From an uncultured bacterium (GTDB lineage Bacteria; Zixibacteria; MSB-5A5; JAABVY01; JAHJOQ01), in NCBI GenBank assembly GCA_965369655.1, contig CBDUQR010000043.1, forward strand, positions 1 to 22,158: DNA of 22,158 bases, given 5' to 3'. Of the stretch, positions 7,256-16,513 are shown one piece after another (within the stretch, counting starts at the first letter, position 1; every line of letters starts with the position of its first letter). Both the position numbers and the translations under genes were made by a program. Under the pieces are notes generated by a model that was not told the origin of the DNA, did no database searches, and saw nothing but the letters and a program-made list of their open reading frames with translations.

Positions 7256-8425
7256 TTAAGCGAAGAGAGCGCCTATCCTGTCAAATGCTAAGTTGATCTC
7301 GTCAAAAGAGACGCAGAACGAAAGTCTCAGATGACTCTCGCCAGACGGTCCGAAAGCTATTCCCGGTGTGGTTGACACTTTACCATTTCTCAAGAGGTCC
7401 TTGCAGAAAGCCATTGAATCTCTTCCCTCTTCCAACAGTATCTTCGGGAACATGAGATAAGAACCACCCGGTTTCTGATATGTGAAAACCGAATCGAGTT
7501 TATCAAGACGCTCACACATCAGATTGCGAGCAGATTGATAGTGTTTCCTGAACTCTGAAACGCAGTCCTGCGGACCTTCCAATGCGGCAAGAGCCGCATA
7601 CTGAGATATAACCGGGGCGCATATGGCGAAAGGAATGTGCGCCTTGGTAATCTGCGGAATCACCTTCTCATCTGCATGCAGGTAGCCGATACGCCAACCT
7701 GTCATGGCGTAGGTTTTCGTAAACGTGTAGCAGCTGATGACATGTTCTTTCATCTCCGGGATAGAGCCGATAGAGAAGTGCTCGCAGTCGTCGTAGACGA
7801 AATACTCGTATGCTTCGTCAGTAATAATCATGAGGTTGTGTTGTAGTGCGATTGACGCCAATTCACGGAGTTCTTTCTCGGAGAAGACCGTGCCGGTTGG
7901 ATTGTTGGGCGAACAACAGATGATCGCCTTCGTCCTTGGAGTGATTGCTTTCCTGATAGCGTTAAAATCGAGGGCAAAGCCTTCTTCTTCGATGGTAGGG
8001 ATCAATACCGGTTTTCCCGAAGCGATCACGACCTGCCGGATATGGGTAGAATAGGTCGGAGTAAACAGAAGCACTTCGTCCCCCGGATCGATTATCGCCA
8101 TTATAGCGGCGGAGAGTCCTTCAATAGCGCCGACAGTAACGAGAATCTGCGAAATGTCAGCATCAATGTTGTTGTCCCTTTTCAGCTTCCTGACGATTTC
8201 TTCTCGCAGGCTTACAATGCCGGCATTTTCAGAATATCCGCCTACATAACCATTTCTGATGGCTGATATTGCGCCTTCGTTGATGTGTTCAGGGGTACCT
8301 GAAGTTGGCTTGGCCCAGGAAAGAAAAGCCACGTCATCGACTTCTTTTGACAATCTCGTCATCTCGTGGATCGCCGACTTTGGTATCTGCGAAACCCTGT
8401 TGGATATGCGCGATCTCTCTGTCAT
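7256..8425 (-). CDS. PLP-dependent aminotransferase class I/II (AspC-like)
   Basis: SPNNPTG, TDEAYE, PLP-lysine motif TFTKTYAMTGWRIG, PG..FG, LRLSF. ATG 8425 has an AAGGAG RBS. Confidence 0.92.
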   Translation of the reverse strand: MTERSRISNRVSQIPKSAIHEMTRLSKEVDDVAFLSWAKPTSGTPEHINEGAISAIRNGYVGGYSENAGIVSLREEIVRKLKRDNNIDADISQILVTVGAIEGLSAAIMAIIDPGDEVLLFTPTYSTHIRQVVIASGKPVLIPTIEEEGFALDFNAIRKAITPRTKAIICCSPNNPTGTVFSEKELRELASIALQHNLMIITDEAYEYFVYDDCEHFSIGSIPEMKEHVISCYTFTKTYAMTGWRIGYLHADEKVIPQITKAHIPFAICAPVISQYAALAALEGPQDCVSEFRKHYQSARNLMCERLDKLDSVFTYQKPGGSYLMFPKILLEEGRDSMAFCKDLLRNGKVSTTPGIAFGPSGESHLRLSFCVSFDEINLAFDRIGALFA

Positions 8426-8487
8426 CTTCTTACACTCCTTTCTATTTGGAGTCAATTAAGCGTTCTGCAATCAAGAGTCACTACTTT

Positions 8488-9126
8488 TCATATTTCTATA
8501 ATCTTTCCTACTCCTCCCTGGATGTATTTGTCCGGATACAATGATCGAATCTCCGGTATGTGCTGAGTGCAATGAGTCGGACAGATAAGTTGCAACTCCC
8601 TGAGCAATTCAAACTCCTCAAATCCATGTAAACCGCCGATCAACACATAAGGCGTCCCAAATCGAGTCACAGCCTTCAGAATGTTTCCTACACCCGGGTG
8701 AGAACAGCCGACAATTACTACCAGTCCTTTCTCAGTTTGGACAGCAAGCGACTGTTCCATGTCATCCAGTAAACCGGTAGTGTAGAAGTGCTCGTGCAGT
8801 TGCACGGGTTTATCTTCGTATATGATTTTTTTGACATGGAAAACCCCTCGAAGTGACGAAGGAGCATACAGTGTGACGTTATCGTTGATATCAAGAAAGG
8901 TTGAAAGACCACCGGTGTGATCAAAATGGATATGAGAGATAAATACTTCGTCAATAGAGCGTGGGGCGATGCCCAGGCCATCCATATTCCCGAGAAGAAT
9001 GGCTCCACTGCCCCCGGTATCAAACAGAATTCTTCTATCGTATGCTTCGATCAGACAGGAAAAACCCCAGTCCGGTCTCAATGCTTCGTCAGACGTCTCG
9101 TTATCGTAGATTATGGTGATCTTCAT
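8488..9126 (-). CDS. MBL-fold metallo-hydrolase (dihydropteroate-synthase-like MBL subgroup)
   Basis: MKITIIYDN start, WGFSCLIE, LFDTG, SHIHFDHTGG (HxHxDH), GCSHPG, GGLH, PTHCT. Confidence 0.9.
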   Translation of the reverse strand: MKITIIYDNETSDEALRPDWGFSCLIEAYDRRILFDTGGSGAILLGNMDGLGIAPRSIDEVFISHIHFDHTGGLSTFLDINDNVTLYAPSSLRGVFHVKKIIYEDKPVQLHEHFYTTGLLDDMEQSLAVQTEKGLVVIVGCSHPGVGNILKAVTRFGTPYVLIGGLHGFEEFELLRELQLICPTHCTQHIPEIRSLYPDKYIQGGVGKIIEI

Positions 9127-9211
9127 CTGTTCACGAACTCCTGCTGTTGGTTCGTCACTGTCGGTACGTACGCAATTGGGTTTCAAGCCACATATTGGTC
9201 GACAAATCCTC

Positions 9212-10063
9212 CTATGTTTCGGTGTTTATCCCCTTCAGCACGATAGCGCCTTTGGCAACGCCAAGATCGTCTGCAATGATTTGGCATTTTGCCTTCAGCA
9301 AGAAGAAAATCGAGTGGGCTTCATTTGAGAGACCCTCATAGTTTCCCTGACCTTTGGCAATGACAAACTCAGCGCTATTTAGCATCTCTCTGAATTCTGG
9401 AGTGCAGGTACTGAGAATCGTGCCGGGGGCGTCAGTCCCTGAAGAAACAATGGTCGCGATTTTGTCAATGCCTGCTTGAATCGCATCCTCGGCGGTCGCG
9501 TCGTTTATGACCGGCATTTCTCGAACCACATATGTCACGGGCTTGTTCATCTGCTCAATGAGAAGTCTGTCAAAAACCGTTTCGCCGGCATTGTCTCCAA
9601 TATAGAGAATGCTACTGGACGTCTCCAGGTGATGTGTGAATGCGTTGTAATCACAAAACGCGAAATCGTTTTCTAACGCATCCTCAATAGCTGCATCGAT
9701 ATCGAAAGTGGCGGTCGCTCCGAAGTCAATCACGTTCCCTGCTATTGCGATTCGGATCGCGGTTAGCAGTTTGTCATTGGATTTTTCGATCGTTTTCTTC
9801 AGAGATGGATATAATGCAAGAGCTTGTTGCGTGCTTTCATGTTTCAGTTGTCGAAATGGATCGTGGTTCCCAGTGATCTCTCTTACCATGCGGTAGATCA
9901 GTCTTCCTGTTTCCGGCGGTGTGCTTTCGAGAGAGATGTGACTTAATGTTCTTCCAAGCTCGTCCAGAAGATGCTTCAGCACTTGTTCATCATCAGTGGC
10001 GATTCGCCCGGCCCGGAGCGCTTGCTCAAAGAAACAGGGAATGCAATCAATATATGTTTTCAT
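9212..10063 (-). CDS. DUF89/ARMT1-like damage-control metal-dependent phosphatase
   Basis: N-terminal CIPC, AGNVIDFG, DNAGE, INDAT, KGQGNYE, LKAKC. Confidence 0.9.
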   Translation of the reverse strand: MKTYIDCIPCFFEQALRAGRIATDDEQVLKHLLDELGRTLSHISLESTPPETGRLIYRMVREITGNHDPFRQLKHESTQQALALYPSLKKTIEKSNDKLLTAIRIAIAGNVIDFGATATFDIDAAIEDALENDFAFCDYNAFTHHLETSSSILYIGDNAGETVFDRLLIEQMNKPVTYVVREMPVINDATAEDAIQAGIDKIATIVSSGTDAPGTILSTCTPEFREMLNSAEFVIAKGQGNYEGLSNEAHSIFFLLKAKCQIIADDLGVAKGAIVLKGINTET

Positions 10064-10215
10064 TCAGCCTTTCGGTTTGATGATCTTTGACATGACCAAC
10101 GCCGGACACCTCCTACAGTTGCAGAAAGCGGCCAACTCAACGTCCTCATGCCCAATTACTATTGGTCAAATGTGGTACTCGTGTGTTTCCAACTTTACCT
10201 CATCATTGCAACTCT

Positions 10216-10791
10216 CTACTTTCTCGAATACCTGCCCATCAACTCACCCGAATCGAGTATATGCTCTTTCATGGCAGTTTCAAGCGTCGCCTTGTCGACT
10301 TTGCCGGACAATTCGAGCATCGTATCGAGAGCATACAGTTTGAAGAAATACCGATGCGTCCCGCTCGGCGGGCATGGTCCGCCGTATCCGTGCTTCCCAA
10401 AATCCGTGATACCGTGTATCGCGCCAATATCCAGTGTCACATTCGACGGCACTCCTTCGGGAAGTCCGGTTGTATCGGGTGGAATGTTATACAGCACCCA
10501 GTGCACCCATGTCCCCATCGGAGCGTCCGGATCATCGCAGATCAACGCAAGCGACTTCGCGCCGTCAGGAACACCTTCCCAGTTGAGGGCAGGCGAAACA
10601 TCATCGCCGTCGCACGTATGCTTCTTAGGTATCATCCCGCCTTCATCGAAAGCAGGACTCGTAATCCTGATAACCATCGCACTATCTCCTCTCACATCCG
10701 AGGCAGTATCCTGCCTGGCCTCTTCTTTCTGACCGCAGGCAAATGCGGCCACAATCAATGTCAGCAGCAAACTTAACGATACATATTTCAT
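10216..10791 (-). CDS. YbhB/YbcL family (PEBP/Raf kinase inhibitor-like) lipoprotein
   Basis: DDPDAP..WVHW, YGGPCPP.GTHRYFFKLYALD. Signal peptide ends in the lipobox-like AFAC. GGAGGAG RBS before ATG 10791. Confidence 0.92.
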   Translation of the reverse strand: MKYVSLSLLLTLIVAAFACGQKEEARQDTASDVRGDSAMVIRITSPAFDEGGMIPKKHTCDGDDVSPALNWEGVPDGAKSLALICDDPDAPMGTWVHWVLYNIPPDTTGLPEGVPSNVTLDIGAIHGITDFGKHGYGGPCPPSGTHRYFFKLYALDTMLELSGKVDKATLETAMKEHILDSGELMGRYSRK

Positions 10792-10934
10792 ATCAACTCC
10801 TCCCACGGTGAACCTGTGGTTCGACTTGCGAAACCAATAGCCACTTGACCTCGGTTCCATCACATGATATAATCAACAAACAGTTCCCGGTCAACACTTC
10901 AACCGGATAGGAACAGAATGAACCGACATAAGTC

Positions 10935-10950
10935 GTGTCACCGATGACAC
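10935..10950. promoter_or_regulatory. Palindrome, candidate enhancer-binding-protein site
   Basis: Perfect inverted repeat GTGTCA-CCGA-TGACAC about 50 nt upstream of the sigma54 -24 box. Confidence 0.35.
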
Positions 10951-11002
10951 ACACATGTCTGTCTGTAGAATGCAACCTGCTGCTGTGCAACCAACATCAG
11001 TA

Positions 11003-11017
11003 TGGCACGATTTCTGC
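11003..11017 (+). promoter_or_regulatory. sigma54 (RpoN) -24/-12 promoter of the alpha-2-macroglobulin-pbpC operon
   Basis: TGGCACGATTTCTGC versus consensus TGGCACG-N4-TTGC: one mismatch, exact GG-N10-GC spacing, 53 nt before ATG 11071. Confidence 0.65.
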
Positions 11018-11070
11018 GGTTGTCAATAAAGTCAGTTTCAGTGGTCAATACAGGAATGTGAGGTGATGAA

Positions 11071-14000
11071 ATGATCCAGACATCCAATGACTCATCCGAT
11101 CAGAAAAACGGCGGCGGGTTCATACTATACTTCATCATAGGTCTGCTCTCTATCGCAATCGTGATTCTCGTGCTCTTGCACCTGTCGGATGATTCCGGCA
11201 GGGAGAGCGTGATGATCGAGTCGTTCCAGCCGACAGGCGAAACTCCGCAGACAACCAACATCACAGTAGTGTTCGACAGGGATATTGTGCCGGACAGCCT
11301 GATCGATGTCGGCCTTACCGCAAGGCATGTGCGATTCGAGCCTGATATACAAGGGGAATATCGCTGGGTCGCGCGGAACAAGCTCCGTTTCTATCCCGAC
11401 TATCCTCTCGCGCCATCGACCGAGTACACCGCAACAATCGATGAGGCAGTCGCACCCGCTATGATGGGGCTGAAGGGTGAAAAAATCTTTAAGTTCAAAA
11501 CCGCTCGGCTCAGAGTCAATAGCGCTTCTCTGGTATTCGAGTACAACCCGGACGATGGCGGCACCGCGAGGCTTCTTGCTACCATTGAATTCAATCATCC
11601 GGTCGATCCCATCGATGCATCTGAGAAAATCAAGATCAGGTTCGATGACGGCGGCGCAATTCCATTCAGAGTGACGACACAGACAGCATCCGATGTCATC
11701 GCACTCGAAACTGAATACATGGTCAGACTCGACGAGGATAGGAAAATTAAGCTTGTGATTGATGAATCCCTGACCTGTGTCGGAGGAAAGCTCGGCCTGC
11801 CTGATCGATACGAAAAGCCCGCCATCCTGAGACAGATTGGAAATCTGAAAGTCTACGGAGTATCGGCGGTACAGGACGGTCCGAAGCGACGGAAAATTCG
11901 GATCGAATTCAATCTGCCGATAAACCGGGAATCCGCAGCGATACATGTCGAACCACAGATCGAGTTCAGCATGAGATCCACTCACCACTACCTGGAACTG
12001 CGCGGGGAATTTGAACTCGACAAGAAATACTCCGTTACCGTCGGGAAAGACATCAGAGGGATCGACGGCTCGACGCTCGAAAGAGCATTCACCGGATCAG
12101 TCATCTTCAGGAAAGAGCCAATACGACCGCAGCTACAGTTCGTCGGGGATGGCTACTATCTGACACGCGGCGGACGTCTCAATACAGGCCTCTCGACGAT
12201 CAATGTCGATTCGGTCACTATCGAGATCGACAAAGTCTTCGTCAACAACATCGTGCACCTTTTGCACACCACCAATCTTTCACCCTCGTCGAGCAGGTAT
12301 TATTACTCTCGCGTCAAGCTGCGGCAGTTCGGCAAACGGATCGAGTCTTTCGACATAGCGATCCCCGGGGAACAGGACAAGGAAGTCGTTGCTCCCATCA
12401 ACATCGAGAAGTACCTCGACACGGACCGCAAAGGCATCTATCGTATCACCGCGCGCAACAGGAACAACCGCTGGCTCAATGCATCGAGATGGGTGCTCGC
12501 GACCGACATCGGTATTATCGCAAAACGTGCAGGCGACGATCTCTGGGTGTGGGTCAACTCGCTTTCATCGCTCGATCCGATCAATGGAGCCGTGTTGACC
12601 CTGATCAGCGAGAACAACCAGAAGTTGCTGACGGCGACGACAGACAGAGACGGCATCGCGATTTTCAAATCGCTGTCGCAGATCGAAGAGCAATTCACGC
12701 CATTCGTCATTGCAGCCGAGCACAATGATGACATCACGTTCATGAAGCTGCCGGGAAACAAGCGTTCTGTCTCCGACTTCGATGTCGGCGGCAGGCCAAA
12801 TCTGGAATCGGGCTACGAAGCGTTCATTTATGGCGAGCGCAACATATACCGTCCCGGTGAGACAGCACATCTCGCAGCAATCGTCCGCGGACGCCAAGCT
12901 GCCTCTCCCGAACCATTTCCGGTGATCCTGAGTGTCACAGGCCCCGACGGCAGGATTCTCTCGGAGCAGAGATCGACGCTCGATAATCAGGGTGGCGTTC
13001 AGTTCGACATTCCCGTACCCGCCTATGCAAAGACCGGCAGATATTCAGCGCGACTATTGCTCTCCAGCGAGAATGAGATAGGATCGACGCGATTCTACGT
13101 GGAGGAGTTCATTCCGGACAGGATGAAAGTCAGGATCGAGACTGGCCGCAAATCATACATTGCAGGCGATTCGGCTGCAATCACGGTCGAAGCAGTGACG
13201 CTCTTCGGACCTCCGGCGTCGGGCAGGCAGGTCAAGAGCGATCTCGAAATAGAGGCGATCAGGTTCACTTCTGACAACTGGAAAGACTTCGCATTCCATG
13301 ATGCGAGGAAGTCTTTCTCAGAACAGAAGATCAAACTCAATGATGCGACTCTCGATGACGACGGAAGACACACGTACACAGTCGCCATCCCCGCCAACCT
13401 CGATCCGCAGTCATCGCTCCGCGGAGTAATGTCATCGACAGTACTCGAACCGGGCGGCCGAGGAGTCACCGCCTACAAAGGATTCGTCATCCACCCGCGC
13501 GCGACATACGTTGGACTTCGGCGAACAGAAGAAGGCTACGCGAGGCCTGACCAGGAAACGGGATTTCAACTCGTGGTCACCGACACCGATGGTGATCTTA
13601 TCGGCGACCGGGATGTCGAAGTCCTTTTCTACCGTGTCTACTGGCATTCGGTGTTGAAACGATCCGGTTCGCGTGGATACTACAGATACGTCTCTGAGAA
13701 AGTCGAAGAACTTGACGAGCAATTCACTGTCAAGTCTGCAGATGACCCCGTAGCGTTCTCAGTTACGCCGACAGAATACGGTCGCTATCTGGTGGTCGTC
13801 AGGGATATGGAAACCGGAGCATCGGCATCGATGAGTTTCTATTCGTCAGGATGGGGTTACTCGCCGTGGGCGATGGAGAATCCTGACCGAGTGGAAATCG
13901 ATCCGGACAAAGCTGTGTACAATTCAGGTCAGACCGCGCAGCTTCAGATACGCAGCCCGTTTCCCGGGAAACTGATTCTCACGGTGGAACGCGACAGGAT

Positions 14001-16503
14001 ATTGTATCATAATATCGTCACGCTCGACAGTAACACTGCGGTGGTTTCTATACCGATCGCTGACGATTTCGCACCCAACGCCTACGTCTCCGTTCATCTG
14101 ATCCGTTCGACAATCGCTCTCGATCGTGATATGCCTGCGGCGGCGTTCGGAGTTGTACCGTTGATGATCAACAATGAAGCGAACAAACTGTCGATTGACT
14201 TCGACGTCCCCTCGGAGATTCGTCCGAAGACCACGCTTCCGATCGAGTTTCATGTGAGCGGATTCAAAGGCAAGTCTCCGCATGTCACAATCGCCGCCGT
14301 CGACGAGGGCATACTGCAACTCACGGATTTTCAGACGCCTGATCCGTTCACATTCTTCTTCGGGAAACGGCGCCTCTCTGTGTCGACACACGATATGTAT
14401 AAATTGATCCTTCCGGAAATCGAGCCGACGCCTGAGTCTGCGCCGGGCGACATCGAGGCGTCGCGCAAGCGACACCTGACACCGACGGCGATCAGGCGTG
14501 TCAAGCCGGTCGCGTTCTGGTCCGGAATCCTTGAAACCGACAGAGACGGTTTCGGCAAAATATCATTCGATATTCCGCAATTCAACGGTACGCTGCGACT
14601 GATGGCGGTAGCGTATGCGGATGATATGTTCGGAAACGCTCAACGCGATCTGCTCGTTCGAGAGCCGATTGTAATAACGCCGACATTCCCGCGATTTATC
14701 GGATCGGGCGACAGCCTCGTCATTCCGGTCGGAATCTTCAATGGCACAGGATCGGACGGCACGTTCTCGGTTGATGTTTCCATCAATGGCGATCTGGCTA
14801 TTGCAGGAGAGGACAGGCTGACTGCGTCTGTTCCTGATCAGAAAGAGAAGTATGTCTTCTTTCATGCTATAGCCGACAAAACTCTCGGCAAAGTTCACAT
14901 CTCTGTCACAGCTTCCGGCAATGGCGAGAGCAGCGAAGTGTCGGCTGATATTCCGGTTCGTCCTCCGGTACCGTTCACAACGCTGTCGGGAGCCGGATCA
15001 ATCGACGCAGGCGATACTCTGTCATTTGATTTTCCCGGCGACTGGATTCCGGGTACGGCAGAGTTCTCGCTGCAAATTTCATCCATGCCGACTGTCAAAT
15101 TCGCGCGTAGCTTGCAATACCTCCTGCGATATCCGCACGGTTGTGTCGAGCAGACGACATCGAGGCTTTTCCCGCTGCTCTATTTCGACCAACTCGCGCA
15201 AAACGTCGAGCCGGAGTTGTTCGAGAAAAACGGGGCGGAGTATTTCATCGAGGAAGGTATCACAAAGATCGAGAACCTCCAGCTTTCATCAGGAGCCTTC
15301 TCCTACTGGCCGCGCGGAGACTACATTCACAACTGGAGTTCCGTGTATACATCGCATTTCCTCGTCGAAGCTCGCCGGGCTGGCTACGATGTCTCAACGC
15401 GAGTCTATGATCGTATGATGAATGCGCTCAAGAGAGCTGCCGCTCGGCGGGATGATCGGCACAGCTATCAAACGTCCGCGTACGCTTGCTACGTGCTGGC
15501 GTTAGCAGGTAATCCCGATCGCTCGACAATGCACTTCATCAAGGATAGCAGGCTCGACAAACTATCTGAGTACTCGCAGTATCAGCTTGCGGGAGCGTTC
15601 GCCCTGTCCGGCGACATGAACAACGCGCGCGCGCTGCTGCCCAAAACCGCTGCGCTTCGCGATGAGGATGGCGAGCGGGAATCGGGAGGCAATTTCAATT
15701 CACCGGTAAGAGCAAAGGCGATCATCCTCGATGTTCTGACCGAAATCGATCTCCGCAGTCCGTTGATTCCGAGGCTCGTCGAGGACCTGAGCGACGCGGC
15801 ATCGAAAGACGGACGATGGCGAACCACACAGGAGAACGCATTCGCGTTCCTCGCCCTCGGCAAGCTGTTGAGCAAGCATGGAGAGATCGATTACACCGGC
15901 AGCATCGCCATCGACGGCGAACACATAGCCGATTTCGATACCGGCAATCATCGGTTCAAGAGCAAAGACTGGTCCGGCATGAAAGCCACAATCTCAGTCG
16001 AGGGATCGGGGACATGCTATTTCTATTGGCGAGCCGACGGCCTCCCATCCGGACTGCATGTTGACGAGTTCGACAACGATCTGATCGTCAGGCGAAGGTA
16101 TCTAAGCGAAAGCGGGGAAGAAGTACATTACGCTGATTTCAAGCAGGGCGATCTGATCGTCGCTGAGATCACAGTCATGGCTCCGAACGACGGGATCGAC
16201 AACGTCGCCATAGTCGATATGCTACCGGCGGGCTTTGAAATTGAGAATCCCCGCCTGCAATCGCGCAAAGGAATCACCTGGATCGGCGACAAAGCTTTGA
16301 AGCCCGGGTACATGGACATCCGCGACGACAGACTGATAATCTATGGCGACTTTTCACACGGGCGAACCGAGTCATTCTACTACTCTCTCCGCGCAGTCAC
16401 AAGGGGCAAATTCACAGTCCCGTCGATCAGAGCGGAAGCCATGTACGCGCCGATGAAAGCATCCGTGGCGTCGAGCGGCGAGATCATCGTATCGACGAAA
16501 TGA
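11071..16503 (+). CDS. yfhM: Bacterial alpha-2-macroglobulin family protein
   Basis: 1810 aa. IYRPGE MG2 motif, AAVDEGILQLT, thioester motif YPHGCVEQTTS, TTQENAF, DMLPAGFEIEN, AEAMYAP. Directly upstream of pbpC. Confidence 0.93.
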   Translation: MIQTSNDSSDQKNGGGFILYFIIGLLSIAIVILVLLHLSDDSGRESVMIESFQPTGETPQTTNITVVFDRDIVPDSLIDVGLTARHVRFEPDIQGEYRWVARNKLRFYPDYPLAPSTEYTATIDEAVAPAMMGLKGEKIFKFKTARLRVNSASLVFEYNPDDGGTARLLATIEFNHPVDPIDASEKIKIRFDDGGAIPFRVTTQTASDVIALETEYMVRLDEDRKIKLVIDESLTCVGGKLGLPDRYEKPAILRQIGNLKVYGVSAVQDGPKRRKIRIEFNLPINRESAAIHVEPQIEFSMRSTHHYLELRGEFELDKKYSVTVGKDIRGIDGSTLERAFTGSVIFRKEPIRPQLQFVGDGYYLTRGGRLNTGLSTINVDSVTIEIDKVFVNNIVHLLHTTNLSPSSSRYYYSRVKLRQFGKRIESFDIAIPGEQDKEVVAPINIEKYLDTDRKGIYRITARNRNNRWLNASRWVLATDIGIIAKRAGDDLWVWVNSLSSLDPINGAVLTLISENNQKLLTATTDRDGIAIFKSLSQIEEQFTPFVIAAEHNDDITFMKLPGNKRSVSDFDVGGRPNLESGYEAFIYGERNIYRPGETAHLAAIVRGRQAASPEPFPVILSVTGPDGRILSEQRSTLDNQGGVQFDIPVPAYAKTGRYSARLLLSSENEIGSTRFYVEEFIPDRMKVRIETGRKSYIAGDSAAITVEAVTLFGPPASGRQVKSDLEIEAIRFTSDNWKDFAFHDARKSFSEQKIKLNDATLDDDGRHTYTVAIPANLDPQSSLRGVMSSTVLEPGGRGVTAYKGFVIHPRATYVGLRRTEEGYARPDQETGFQLVVTDTDGDLIGDRDVEVLFYRVYWHSVLKRSGSRGYYRYVSEKVEELDEQFTVKSADDPVAFSVTPTEYGRYLVVVRDMETGASASMSFYSSGWGYSPWAMENPDRVEIDPDKAVYNSGQTAQLQIRSPFPGKLILTVERDRILYHNIVTLDSNTAVVSIPIADDFAPNAYVSVHLIRSTIALDRDMPAAAFGVVPLMINNEANKLSIDFDVPSEIRPKTTLPIEFHVSGFKGKSPHVTIAAVDEGILQLTDFQTPDPFTFFFGKRRLSVSTHDMYKLILPEIEPTPESAPGDIEASRKRHLTPTAIRRVKPVAFWSGILETDRDGFGKISFDIPQFNGTLRLMAVAYADDMFGNAQRDLLVREPIVITPTFPRFIGSGDSLVIPVGIFNGTGSDGTFSVDVSINGDLAIAGEDRLTASVPDQKEKYVFFHAIADKTLGKVHISVTASGNGESSEVSADIPVRPPVPFTTLSGAGSIDAGDTLSFDFPGDWIPGTAEFSLQISSMPTVKFARSLQYLLRYPHGCVEQTTSRLFPLLYFDQLAQNVEPELFEKNGAEYFIEEGITKIENLQLSSGAFSYWPRGDYIHNWSSVYTSHFLVEARRAGYDVSTRVYDRMMNALKRAAARRDDRHSYQTSAYACYVLALAGNPDRSTMHFIKDSRLDKLSEYSQYQLAGAFALSGDMNNARALLPKTAALRDEDGERESGGNFNSPVRAKAIILDVLTEIDLRSPLIPRLVEDLSDAASKDGRWRTTQENAFAFLALGKLLSKHGEIDYTGSIAIDGEHIADFDTGNHRFKSKDWSGMKATISVEGSGTCYFYWRADGLPSGLHVDEFDNDLIVRRRYLSESGEEVHYADFKQGDLIVAEITVMAPNDGIDNVAIVDMLPAGFEIENPRLQSRKGITWIGDKALKPGYMDIRDDRLIIYGDFSHGRTESFYYSLRAVTRGKFTVPSIRAEAMYAPMKASVASSGEIIVSTK

Positions 16504-16513
16504 TTCGAGTTGA

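Noticed and set aside
10148-10776. Plus-strand ORFs of 194 and 204 aa
   Set aside because: Antisense shadows of the well-supported YbhB/YbcL gene.
10864-10894. Minus-strand sigma70 promoter for the YbhB gene (TTGACC-N17-TATATC)
   Set aside because: The -10 box lacks the conserved final T at 17-nt spacing, and the better TATCAT needs a 19-nt spacer. Too weak to list.
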